In this document: positions 22,835 to 36,500 of the stretch, piece after piece
How positions within the stretch are numbered: the first letter of the stretch is position 1
How the letters are laid out: each line of letters opens with the position of its first letter
Origin: Octopus sinensis
Taxonomy: Eukaryota
Direction of reading: 5' to 3'
NCBI RefSeq assembly: GCF_006345805.1
Contig: NC_043007.1
Span: forward strand, 20,770,001-20,834,000
Length of the DNA stretch: 64,000 bases
The notes under the pieces: model-generated
What the model was told of the DNA's origin: nothing
Databases searched by the model: none
The model's input: only the letters and a program-made list of their open reading frames with translations
Position numbers and translations under genes: made by a program

Positions 22835-25800
22835 CTAGAAGTAAATCAAATTATTAAAGAAACACGAAACAGAGATCATCCAACAAGAACAGAAGAACCA
22901 CTTTTTAAACAGAAAATTAAATCAGAATATCAAAAGGACATGTTTTACGGGAATTTCTCCCTTCAAAAGGGTTTCATAAATGTTTTGAAATTTATTGTTA
23001 GGCTTTTGCAATTAAAAAGGAACAAAACATTGCATTAGACATAGCTGTGTGGTGAAGAAGCTTGCTTTACAACCATGTGGTTTCGGGTTCAGTCCCACTG
23101 GGCGGCACCTTGGGCAAGTGTCTTTTACTACAGTCCCTGGCCAGCCAACACCCTGTGAGTGAATTTGGTAGATGGAAACTGTGTGGAAGCCCATCACATG
23201 TGTGTGTGTTTGTGTGTGTGTGTGTGTGACAGGCTTCCATACAGTGTAGACATATATGTCTACAGTGGAGTTGCAGTGGCCCAGTGGTTAGGGCAGCGGA
23301 CTTGCGGTCATGGGATCGCAGTTTCGATTCCCAGACTGAGCATTGTGACTTTGCCTTTCGTCCTTTTAGGGTCGATAAATTAAGTACTAGTTGTGTAATG
23401 GAGTCGATCTAATCAACTGACCCTCACCCTCCCACAAAATTTCGGGCCTTGTGCCTAGAGTAGGAAAGAATAAAGTAAGTACCAGTTGAGCACTGGGGGA
23501 GTCAATGTAATCAACTTAATTGCTCCTGGGTAAGAGTAGAAAAAGAGAAAATGCACCACTCTGCCATGTTGAGCCAATATAGCAGAGTAGGTTTTTTCAA
23601 ACCAGTATGATCATCATCGTTTAACGTCCACTTTCCATGCTAGCATGGGTTGGACGATTTTGACTGAGGGCTGGCGAACCAGATGGCTGCACCAGGCTCC
23701 AATCTTGATTTGGCAGAGTTGCTACAGCTGGATGCCCTTCCTAATGCCAACCACTCTGAGAGTGTAGTGGGTGCTTTTTACGTGCCACCGGCACGGGGGC
23801 CAGTGAGGCGGTACTGGCAACGACCTCGCTCGAATCCTTCTACACATGCCACCAGCACAGGTGACAGTAAGGCGACGTTGGTATGATGTCAAAGTCAAAT
23901 TGATGGCCTCCCCAGCAGATCATAGTTGATGGCAAGAACATGCTGGTGCCTTTGTCCTGCAGTGGATTGAACCTAAGCAATCTAATTCCAAGGTGCTGCT
24001 AATGACAGAAACAATGATAAGAAAAAGAAAAGGAAAACTAACCCCAAAATCAGAACAGTTTTCTCTGCCATTTGATAATGCTGAAGAGAAACACTGTTGG
24101 CAGTTTGCTCAGCGCCAACCAAGGTAAACCCTTCACGCTGCTTTTCAAAGAGGAAATTTTGCAGTTGATCAGCTGGAACCTAAGAAAACAACAATTGAAA
24201 TTTAAATAAAATATACAAATTAATTAAAGAAAAGAGTATTTGAATTAAATGCAAAATATAAAAATTCCAGGGAATAACAAGAATAAAAGAAATTATAACA
24301 AAATCATTTTTTTCCTTTTAATTTAAAAAAAAAATGCATTTTTCCCCTTTTGCTATCATCGTTTTTATTAGAATAATCTACATCCCCATCTTCACCACTA
24401 TAATTATTGCTGTGACATTTATTTTCCTATGACTAGTAAGGGTTCAAAGAGTCTGCTTGTTGCACTATATATTTTTTTTACTCTAGGCACAAGGCCCGAA
24501 ATTTTGGGGAATGGGACCAGTCGATTAGATCGACCCCAGTACACAACTGGTACTTAATTTATCGACCCCAAAAGGATGAAAAGCAAAGGTGACCTCAGCG
24601 GAATTTGAACTCAGAATGTAAAGACAGACGAAATACAGCTAAGCATTACGCCCGGCATGCTAACATTTCTGCCAGCTCGCCACCTTACAAGGCCCATAAT
24701 ATTCCTTTCTATTCTAGGCACAAGGCCTGAAATTTTGGGGAAGGGGGGCAGTCGATTAGATCGACCCCCAGTACACAACTGGTACTTAATTTATCGACCC
24801 CGAAAGGATGAAAAGCAAAGGTGACCTCAGCGGAATTTGAACTCAGAATGTAAAGACAGACGAAATACAGCTAAGCATTTCGCCCGGCATGCTAACGTTT
24901 CTGCCAGCTAGCCACCTTACAAGGCCCATAATATTCCTTTCTATTCTAGGCACAAGGCCTGAAATTTGGGGGGAGGGGGCCAGCCGATTAGATCGACCCG
25001 AGAACACAACTGGTACTTAATTTATCGACCCCGAAAGGATGAAAAGCAAAGGTGACCTCAGCGGAATTTGAACTCAGAATGTAAAGACAGACGAAATACA
25101 GCTAAGCATTTTACCCGGCATGCTAACGTTTCTGCCAGCTAGCCACCTTACAAGGCCCATAATATTCTTTTCTATTCTAGGCACAAGGCCCAAAATTTGG
25201 GGGGAGGGGACCAGTCAATTAGATCGACCCCAGTATACAACTGGTACTTAATATATTAAACACACTAATACTGGCTGCCAAGCAGTAGTAGGGGACAAAC
25301 ACAAAAAACATACACTGGCCCACTGACTCAAAGCTATAATATAGAATGTTAGTCAACAAGATTCTTACAGTGGGATTGAACCCCTAACTACAAGGTCCTG
25401 AACAGAACTTCTTAATCACACATCAATGCTTATTATGTCTCTCTAAGTATCATTATTACTATTATTATCATTTTTTAATTTTTTTACTTGCTTCAGTCAT
25501 TAGGTGGTGGCCATGCTGGGGCACCACATTGGAGGGATTTTTAATCAAAAAAATTAATTCCAGTAATTATATCTTTTCAAACATGGCACTTATTCTTTTG
25601 GTCTCTTTTGACAAATAGCTAAGTTACAGGAACACAAACAAACCAACACCAGCATGTGTGTGCACACACACATTTATAAGCTGGGCCTTTCTCTCAGTTT
25701 CCATCTGCCAAATCCACTTACAAGGCTTTGGTTGGCCCAGAGACACTTGTCCAAGATTGGACTGAGCCCAGAACCTGGTGGCTGGAAGGCAAAGTTCTTA

Positions 25801-28650
25801 CCAGAAAGCCATGGCTGGAACTATTTTCTGAAGCATCAAAAATAAAAATAATATACTTCTTAAAGTTACCTACCTCTTTTATTGGTATCCATTTTTCAGC
25901 AGTAACACTTAAAGCCTGGAAATTCTTATCAACAAGATGTCTCAAACTTCCTATCACAAATTCCGATATACCAAACACCTCAGCTGTCCGACAAAGACCT
26001 AACAGACATACAGAAAAGCAAATGCATCCTTAAAACATTAACTTTTGCTTCCATTCAGTCTTGGACTCGGATGGAACTTACACTCGCCTCCTTATGAGAG
26101 CTCAAAATCTCTCGTGGAAGCGTCATCCAACCAAAGTACAAATATATGGGGAATTACCATCTGTATCATCTCTTGTGAAAGGTAGAAGAGTCCAGTTTGC
26201 TGGACATTGTTGTAGAGCTGAAAACGAGGTAATTTCTGCTCTTCTCCTCTGGAAGCCATCTGCTTGCGTTACCAGAGGGCACACACTCTCCTACCCTGAT
26301 GTAATCTCCAGGGATACAGGCATCCAGCAACAGGACCTCTGTAATGATATGATGGACCGTGAAGTCTGGCATAACATAGTAAATTCCATTGTCTCGACCA
26401 TGGTCAAACAATGATGATGATTGCTTCCATTAATCAAAATCTCCGAATAAGTAAAATAGGCGAGTGAATAAGTTATTGCGAATACCAGTACACAGAGCTC
26501 AGGTTCAAATACACTGCAAGCATTTCTTTGTATATTTGAGAAGCAGACCTCTTTTTATGAACTTTAGTACATCTATCATCATTTAACATTTGTTTTCCAT
26601 GCTGGCATGGGTTGGATGGTTTGTCAAGAGCTGGCCAGTTGGAGAGTACCTAGGTTCAAATTATCTGTTTTGGCATGGTTTCCGCAAATGGATGTCCTTC
26701 CTAACACCAACTACTCTACACAGTATACTGGGTGCTTTTTATGTGGCACCAGTACCAGTGATTTAAATGTGGCACTGGCCACGGATGAAGCATCCATGCT
26801 GGTACCACATAAAAAGCACCCAGTCCATTCTGTAAAATGGATGGCAGTAGGAAGGGCATTGGTTGTAAATATTTACCATATCTTCAGGGAATGCTACTCG
26901 CAATAGACTGGTATCTTATCCTGATCATCATCATCATTTAACGTCCGCTTTCCATGCTAGCATGGGTTGGACATATGACTGAGGACTGGCGAACCAGATG
27001 GCTACACCAGGCTTCAATCTTGATCTGGCAGAGTTTCTACAGCTTGATGCCCTTCCTAACGCCAACCACTCCGAGAGTGTAGTTGGTGCTTTTACGTGCC
27101 ACCGGCACGGGGGCCAGTCAGGCGGCACTGGCAACGACCTTGCTCGAATCTTAGAGATCTCAATACAGGACAAATACTTTATGTTATCAATCTCAGAAAG
27201 AAGCAAAACAGAGTTGACCCCAGCAGGATTTGAGCTCAGAATGTAAAGAGTTGGGACAAATACCAATGGTATAAATAAGTAACCAAAAAATAAAAAAAAG
27301 AACCAAAATCTTTACCTCCTAAATTTGGAACTTTGTTGATAAGTGAGGTTACCAATACCAACTGGCTGACGTTGGTCTTCTTTTCTAAGAAATTTTGCTG
27401 TTCCTCGTTTAAAACATCCGGGGTCATTAATCGCCAAGGCATTATTTTCTTCTGAAAATCTAGGCCTTCTGTAGGGGATTCTTCATTTGGCAACACAGGA
27501 GCATCTTTAAAAGAGAAATATTCTAAATCAAAACGTTACCATTCCAGATTTGAAGAAAATTAATTAAAATACGTCGGGAGCCTGGTGCAGCCTTCTGGCT
27601 TCCCAAATCCCTGGTCGAACTGTCCAACCCATGCTAGCATGGAGAATGGACGTTAAACAATGAACGATGATTTGTGATCTCTTTTACTCTTTTACTTGTT
27701 TTAGTCATTTGACTCTTACCATGCTGTAGCACCACCTTAAGTCGAGCAAATCGTTCCCTGGACGATGATCATTAAACGACAAAGATAATGATGATGATGA
27801 TGATGATCATCATCGTTTAACGTCCGCTTTCCATGCTAGCATGGGTTGGACGATTTAACTGAGGACTGGTGAACCAGATGGCTGCACCAGGCTCCAATCT
27901 TGATCTAGCAGAGTTTCTACAGCTGGATGCCCTTCCTAACGCTCACCACTCCGAGAGTGTAGTGGGTGCTTTTACGTGCCACCGGCATGAGGGCCAGTCA
28001 GGTGGTACTGGCAATAGCCACGTGCCACCTGCACAGGAGCCAGTCCAGCAGCACTGGCAATGACCTCGTTAGAATATTTTTTCATATGCGACTGGCACAA
28101 GTGCCAGTAAGGTGACGCAGGTAACGATCACATTCGAATTGTGCTTTTTATGCAGTACTTTTTTTTAAAAGTCTGGTACTTATTCCATCGCTCTCCTTTG
28201 ATGAGCTACTAAGTTATTGGGATATACACGCACCAACACCAGTAATCTGCCCCAGTATGGCCATAGTATAATGAGTGAAAAGTGGAAAATAAAAAAATAA
28301 GAATACTTACGAGAAACTTTCACTTTCCAGGGTTCTGACTTGCACTCACTCAAAGCTCTGTCTTCGTTATAGAGAGGTAGCAGCCTTGCTTTGCTTTCCG
28401 TAGGATCAGACCAAGCAGGATCTGTTTGGCTGAACATTTGTGGTAAAATCCATTCTTCCTCATTTAATCCGGTCAGCTTAGGTAAAAGATGAAATATAGT
28501 CTACAAAGATAAAGAAAAATGTTCATCAAATATGACAAAATATCATCAGGTGTAGGAGTGGCTGTGTGGTAAGTAGCTTGCTTACGAACCACATATATAT
28601 ATATACTATTATATATATATGTTATATATATATATATATATATGTATAAT

Positions 28651-28705
<55 letters not shown>

Positions 28706-28772
28706 GATTATATATAATATATATATGTATATATATATATGTATATATATATATATGTATATATATATTGTG

Positions 28773-28803
<31 letters not shown>

Positions 28804-28864
28804 GTATGTATATATATATATGTATGTGTATATATAATATGTATATATATATATATATATTATG

Positions 28865-28899
<35 letters not shown>

Positions 28900-29003
28900 G
28901 TATATATAGATGTATATATATATGTGTGTATTATATTATATATGTATATATGTATATAATATATATGATATATATATATATATGTATATGTATATATATA
29001 TAC

Positions 29004-29062
<59 letters not shown>

Positions 29063-29087
29063 ATATATATATATATATATTATAATG

Positions 29088-29120
<33 letters not shown>

Positions 29121-29124
29121 TATA

Positions 29125-29181
<57 letters not shown>

Positions 29182-29241
29182 GGCGGTGCCCCAGCATGGC
29201 CACAGCTCATAAGCTGAAACTGGAATCAATCAATCAATCAT

Positions 29242-29273
<32 letters not shown>

Positions 29274-30433
29274 ATATTATATATATATATATATGATTTC
29301 AATTTTTGGCACTGGGTCAGCAATTTCAGGGGAGGGCTAGCTAAGTCAATTACATCAACCCCTGTGTTCAAGTGGTTCTCATTTTATGGTCCTTGAAAGG
29401 GTGGAAGGCAAAGTTGACCTCAGCGGAATTTGAACTCAGAACATAAAAAGACAGATCGAATGCCGCGAAGCATTTTGCTCAGCATGCTAACGATTCGGCC
29501 AGTTCGACGTCATAACACATTCAAATATTACTTATACCACTTACTTCAATGCTAAAATCTTTGATCGGATCAAACACTGCCATAAAGTAAGATTCCATTA
29601 GCTTTATTGTGTTCTTCGAGGCATTACTGGAAGAAGAAATGAAAAACAAAAAGTTAAAAAAAGGGAATTAAAAATGCATTAGTAAATAAGTTCTTTCATT
29701 CTTTGGCTGTGTGGGAAGTAGCTAGCTTACCAACCACATGGTTCCGGGTTCAGTCCCATTGTGTGGCACCTTGGGCAAGTATCTTCTACTATAGCCTCAG
29801 GCCGACCAAAGCCTTGTGAGAATGTATCTGGTGGATGCGTATGAAAGGATTGGAAACAAACACTTTCCTCTCTGGTCAATCTCTCATCAACTTCTTCAAG
29901 TATCACTTGAAAAGGAAAGTGAGAGTAGAGAGGCAAGTTTTGTCTAGCAAATGTTTCAAAAAAAGATGGGTGAATGTAGCTAGGATGGCACGTATGAATG
30001 ACGAAGCCATCTTGAGCATAATCCTATGAACTTGGAAAAATTTAAAACAGAGAGTTACTTACTTGCAAATAAATGTGGTAACATGTAACGTTATTGACCT
30101 AGGTTACCGTGGTCTTTTCCATAGGCTTTTCTTTCCATGGATAAACCTTATCTGCTTCCCCCTTTACACTTAACATCATGACATTTCTGTGAGACACGAT
30201 CCCTATTGATCGTTTTTTTTCTCTCTCTTTTTACGATCCCTTTTGATCGAAAACCTACCCCCCTTTTTATTTTTTTTTTCAACCCAAAAAGAAAAGCTCT
30301 ACTTTGTAATTTGTCCACTCTGTGTTCAGCCCTGTGTGGCCAATAAAGATACATATATTATATATTGTGAAATTTGATTTAGTATTGCTAAATAGAATTT
30401 TCCACTGTAAGTTTGGATTATATATTCCCTACT

Positions 30434-30511
<78 letters not shown>

Positions 30512-33500
30512 TTCTTAAGTAGAAAATCAGAAAGCGTGAAGATCACCCCACACAGGTAATCAAATTACTTTCAGGTAACCCTGACCCTAACCAGGTTACC
30601 AGCAAGAGTCAAATTACTTTACAAGAGAATTAACAATGTTCAAAGTAGCTGCTTTGCAAAATGAGAACAATTCATGACACCAAGAACACAATGTCACTTT
30701 TATATTCAGGATGTTATCATAGGTACAAGAGTGGATGTGTGGTAAGTAGCTTGCTTACCAACCATATGGTTCTGGGTTCAGTCCCACTGTGTGGAACCTT
30801 GGGAAAGTGTCTTCTGCTATAGTCTTGGGCTGACCAAAGCCTTGTGAATGGATTTAGTAGACGGAAATTGAAAGAAGCCTGTTGTATATATGCATATATA
30901 TATATATGTGTGTGTGTGTGTTTGTGAGTCTGTGTTTGTCCTGCCAGTATATTTTAGGCCAGATATGTTGGGATGTTTTAATTTAGATAATTTTAAAGCA
31001 GGATACTTCTGCTAAAACCCCGAGTTGACCAATGCCCTGTGAGCCCTCCCCCACTGCTTGACAAACAGATGCTAGTTTATCTATGTCCTATAACTTTGTG
31101 GTTTAGCAAAGAGACCAATGGAATAAACCAGACTTAAAAACGAGCACTAGGGTCAATTTGTTTGATTAAACCCTTCAAGGCAGTGCCCCAGCATGGCCAT
31201 AAGCCAATGACTGAAACAAGTAAATGCTAAGAAGTAAGTTGTATCGCTGGTGGCATGTAAAAGGGACCAACCAATCGTGGCCGATGCCAGCGCCACCCTG
31301 ACTGGCTTCTGTGCCAGTGACACGTGAAAAGCACCAACCAATCGTGGCTGTTGCCAGCCTCCCCTGGCACCTGTGCCAGTGGCATGTAAAAAGCAACCAC
31401 TACACTCATGGAGTGGTTGGCATTAGGAAGGGCATCCAGCTGTAGAAACTCTGCCAGATCAGACTGGAGCCTGGTGCAGTCGCCTGGCTTCCCAGACCCC
31501 GGTCGAACCATCCAACCCCTGCTAGCATGGAAAACAGATGTTCAACGATGATGATGATGTTGATGATGATTTTGATCTGAATACTTCCCTCACCTGTCAT
31601 CAGTGAATTGAAGACATCCTTCCAAAAGAGAAAATCTACTTGTGATATGATTCAGTTGAAGGGATTCGCACTGTTTCCACATTTTACAACTTGTGGCATG
31701 GGCATAAATTCGTGTGTTGAAGTGATGATTTGTACACAATGCATTAAATGCAGAAAGGCAGACTCATAGAACTCTGTCTGTAAACAAGGAAAATAATGTT
31801 AACGGCTTCAAAAAATAAAACCAATAATTAAAGAACAAAAAGATAGCAAAATTGATTATATGAAAGGGGTGCTGAAAAGTTCCTGGTTTTAAGGGTGTCA
31901 TGAAAGGCCTGGTTGGAAGCACAACCTTTTGAGTTCTTTTACAGGGCTCAGTAAAACTGAAGGATTGCTGAAATAAGTATGTGAATTTGAGAGGGGAATA
32001 TGTTGAATAAAATCATAAACATTTTATTTTACCCAAGACCAGGAACTTTACAGCTTGTCCTCGTAAATAGACTAAAATGATAAACCATATAAAATATAGT
32101 TGTCTTTGGCAAGACATAAACAGCTACAAACAGAACGAAGGAGTCAATTACAAGATGAGCTATCTAATCCAATTCTCTAAGGTTTATGTTTTAATGAAGA
32201 ATTAAACTGTATGTTTAATATATGAATTTTAGGTTTATATTTTGAATTTTACGGAGATGTACTTGCATAGTAAGTGACCTGATCTGAGATCGTGTGCTGG
32301 AAAGAAAACAATTGCAGCGGGGAAGGTGTTTATAAGCCATTTAAGAAACACAAAAAAATGCAGCACAGAATTTTGTCGGTCATAAAGCGACAAAAATATT
32401 TTGGCAAATTAAATTTAAATGTTGAAGTGAATCTAACGGATTTTGTGTGTTTCTTAAATGGCTTATAAATACCTTCCACGCTGCAATTGTTTTTGTTCCA
32501 GCACATGATCTCAGATCAAGTCACTCGCTATGCAAGTACATCTCCATAATATATATATATATATGTATATGATGCAGCACGAGGTTTTGTCAGTGAACAG
32601 GTCGCAGTCTCAAAGGGACGAAAATATTTTGGTAAATTAAATTTAAATGTTGAAGTGAATCTAACGGATTTTGTGTGTTTCTTAAATGGCTTATAAACAC
32701 CTTCCATGCTGCAATTGTTTTGAATTTTAATATACAGTAATTAAAACTTTCTTTTGTATTTTGCATTCATTTTTCTGAAACATGAAATGATAAAAACAAC
32801 GTATGTTGTAGCTTATATAGCATTTTCTAAATCTAATAAGATGGAACTTTGTAATTAAGATTCCTGGTTGTTTGCAAAAGAATGAGAAATTATTTTTCAG
32901 CAATTAGACATTTCGTGTAATTCCGTATTTGACTCACTAAATTATGAAATTCCAACTGTATCTGTCTCCCCCGCCACAGATGAAATGAACAAAATTCAAC
33001 ATTAAATGCCATTTTTTCTGCTCAACAGAGCATGAATAAAGGATTAGCACTAATGGCTTCAGAGAAAAGGGAGCATTTTTGTTCTTGCCCTTCAAACATT
33101 TCAGCTGACAACATAAACCAAAATGAAACAAGACACGACCAAGAACTGAAACTGAATCACAGACTTAATTCACCAAGAGGTTGTATCTACTCCACAGCAT
33201 TTGCCATGTAATAGTAATTCAATATTTAGAATTACATGGAGACAGTAGTTGTCTTGATTGATATCAAACATAAAGCAAATAATGAGGTGTAGCAGTGGCT
33301 GTGTGATAAGTAGCTTGTTTACAAACCACATGGTTCCGGGTTCAGTCCCACTGCGTGGCACCTTGGGCAAGTGTCTTCTACTATAGCCTTGTGAGTGGAT
33401 TTGGTAGACGGAAACTGAAAGAAGCCCGTCGTATATATGTATATATATGTATGTGTGTGTATATGTTAGTGTGTCTGTGTTTGTCCCCTGAACATCGCTT

Positions 33501-36500
33501 GACAACCGATGCTGGTGTGTTTACGTCTCCGTAACTTAGTGGTTCGGCAAAAGAGACCAATTGAATAAGTACTAGGATTCCAAAGAATAAGTCCTGGGGG
33601 TCGATTTGCCTCGACTAAAGGCGGTGCTCCAGTATGGCGAAATCAAATGACTGAAACAAGTAAAAGAGTAAATAATATATAAATTAGGATGATAAAGAAC
33701 CTGTTCGTGTTCTGACTCCAACCGAGTTCCAATATGAGACAAAATCTTCAACAAGGAGCAAGTGCACATGCTACTGGTTTCTGCTAACTGAAAGCAACAA
33801 CAGCAAAAAATAAATGAAATAAGATTTTTTTTACAGTAGATTTATAATATACAGAACTAGAAATTATATAATTATAACTGGAAACTAAACTTTAGCTCAA
33901 CAGGTATGTACAAGAAGTGCATGCAAATATGTACATTCATTTGGGCCGTGACTGCTGAGGATATGCGTAAGCTCGCTAGAAATGAAGCCAGTATGCTCCG
34001 ATGGATGTGTAATGCCGGTACTCACACTCGGCAGAGTGTAAGTACCTTGAGAGAAAAGCTGGACCTAAGAAGCATCAGTTGTGGTGTGCAAGAGAGACGT
34101 TTGCGCTGGTATGGTCATGTGGCGAGAATGGATGAAGATAGTTGTGTGAAAAAGTGCCACACCCTAGCGGTTGAGGGAACCTGTGGAAGAGGCAGATCCA
34201 GGAAAACCTGGGACGAGGTGGTGAAGCACGACCTTCGAACTTTAGGTCTCACTGAGGAAATGACTAGAGACCGAGACCTCTGGAAGTGTGCTGTGCGCGA
34301 GAAGACCCGGCAGGACAAGTGAGTCCACAACCCGTGGCCTTCTACATGGGATGGAGCCAGCCTACGTATGCATACCTTCCCTTCTTGGGACACAAACCCT
34401 ACTTGTGAAGACGTGTTGAGGCAAGTGAGGATCAGAATCGAAATCGATCAATGGAAATTGCGGATGTGCTACCAGTGCCGGTGGCATGTCGAAACTCTGC
34501 TTGTGAAGACCCATTGAGGCAAGTGAGGATCAGAATCGAAATCGATCAATGGAAATCGATCAATGGAAATTGCAGATGTGTTACCAGTGCCGGTGGCATG
34601 TAAGAGAACTTTCCGTTTCGCGACCGTTGCCAGCACCGCCCCGTTTCGTGTCCGTTGGCACATAAAAAGCACCATCCGTTCGTGGCCGTTTGCCAGCTCT
34701 GTCTGGCACCAGTGCGGGTGGCATGTAAAAAGCACCCACTACACTCACGGAGTGGTTGGCGTTAGGAAGGGCATCCAGCCGTAGAAACACTGCCAGATTT
34801 GACTGGGCCTGATGAAGCCTTCTGGCTTCACAGACCCCAGTAGAACCGTCCAACCCATGCTAGCATGGAAAACGGACGCTAAATGATGATGATGATGATG
34901 ATTTGGAACAATTCTACCTGTGGCAAGTAGGATGTTCAACCCCAGCTAAGGCACCACCATTGCTGTCACAGATTTTTATAAAGAGAAAACGAGTGTCACT
35001 AGTCAACAAAACCCCAGCATATTCATTGTACTGTAAATCCTCAAGTATAATCCGCATTTTCTTTCCCAAAATTTAAAGGTCAAAATCCCTAGTGCGTACT
35101 ATATACGAGGTTAAAAATGAAAAATATTTTCTAAGCAATTTCTGAGTCTCTATTTGCTGTCCGGCAATGTTTATTCAGACGCATTTTCTGATGTCGGACG
35201 CGAAAATACCTTAAGCTAAGCCTGAAAGCAATGAAATCATAAAAGAATCATCCATAACTTGCAATAAGCAACATTTATTAAACGTTATTACTGTTATTTC
35301 TTTATTTTCTGCAAACAAAATGCACAAAAAAGCTACACGTTTGCATTATGTTATATATACAATAATAATAAAGGATGTTACTGTATACATTTTTACAAAC
35401 CAAGGACATTATATAGACTTCCTTGACTCAAGTTAGAGAAGAGGTGTGTATTATACACAAGGTTTAGGTTTTTCAGAGGTACAGCCCCCTAAAAATCCCC
35501 TGTGTATTATACTCAAGAGCGGACTATACTCGAGGATTTATGGTATTTGTTTTGCCACTCTCGAACAGGAAATGAGAGAGGATGTCAAGGCAAACTAGCT
35601 TGCAAAGCAGGGGAATATTTCATTGCTTTCAGTACTAAAAGAGATTCCCAGCTTAGCCATTATACAAGATTAATATATATGCCATCAAAACAGTTCAGGT
35701 TTTCATTTATTCATCTTCTTTGAGACCCTTTTCCACTTTCTTAAGTATGTTGCCAGTGCTGCTGGACTGACTCCTGTGCAGGTGGCACGTAAAAAACACC
35801 ATTTCGAGAGTAGTCATTGCCAGTACCACCAGACTGGCCCTCATAAAAGCACCCACTACACTCTCGGAGTGGTTGGCATTAGGAAGGGCATTCAGCTGTA
35901 GAAACTCTGCCAGATCCAGATTGGAGCCTGGTGCAGCCATCTGGCTTGCCAGCCCTCAGGCTTACAAAGAATAAGTCCTGGGGTCGATTTGCTCGACTAA
36001 AGGCGGTGCTCCAGCATGGCCGCAATCAAACGACTGAAACAAGTAAAGAGAGTAAATATATAATTTCTTGTATGGAATTCTTTCTGCTACTTACCGTCTG
36101 ATACTGTTTCCATATTTGAGAAACATAAGAAGGAAATTTTAGAATCAAGCACAGAGCCAACCATTCAAGCATGTTGCGAACAGATGGCTGGCACTCGACC
36201 ATTAGAGTTTCCCAAATATAATCCCAGACAAATTCTTGATTTGACTGCAAATAAAAGAGAAAAAATACCAAATGTTATGAAACATGGAAGAACACTTAGG
36301 AGATTTTTTAAAGTTGTTGAACATAAAACCTAAGAACCATAGAATCAAAACCTGTTGTAATTAGTTTGGAAAGGTAGACTTTTTTTTACTCATCATCATT
36401 GTTTAATTGCCATATGGCTTCGTTTAAATATGCTTTAAACAGCTGACTTATTAACCCTTTAGTATTTAAACCGGACAAATCCAACCAAAAGTATTCAGCC

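Noticed and set aside
28668-29212. Several 60-130 aa YI-repeat ORFs
   Set aside because: Translations of (TA)n, which contains no stop codons.
32937-33131. Candidate extra TARBP1 exon
   Set aside because: No recognisable homology, and exons 19 and 20 already account for the expected sequence.
31594-33787. Alternative splice sites that would rescue the exon 20 frame
   Set aside because: Acceptors at +4, +6 and +15 give the wrong phase with the exon 19 donor; the only phase-1 donors lie inside a downstream SINE, and they would discard well-fitting residues.
34805-34835. CTGATGA followed by an AGCC/GGCT hairpin, resembling a hammerhead
   Set aside because: No GAAA or cleavage arm follows; other copies read CTGGTGCAGCC here, so it is a chance mutation.
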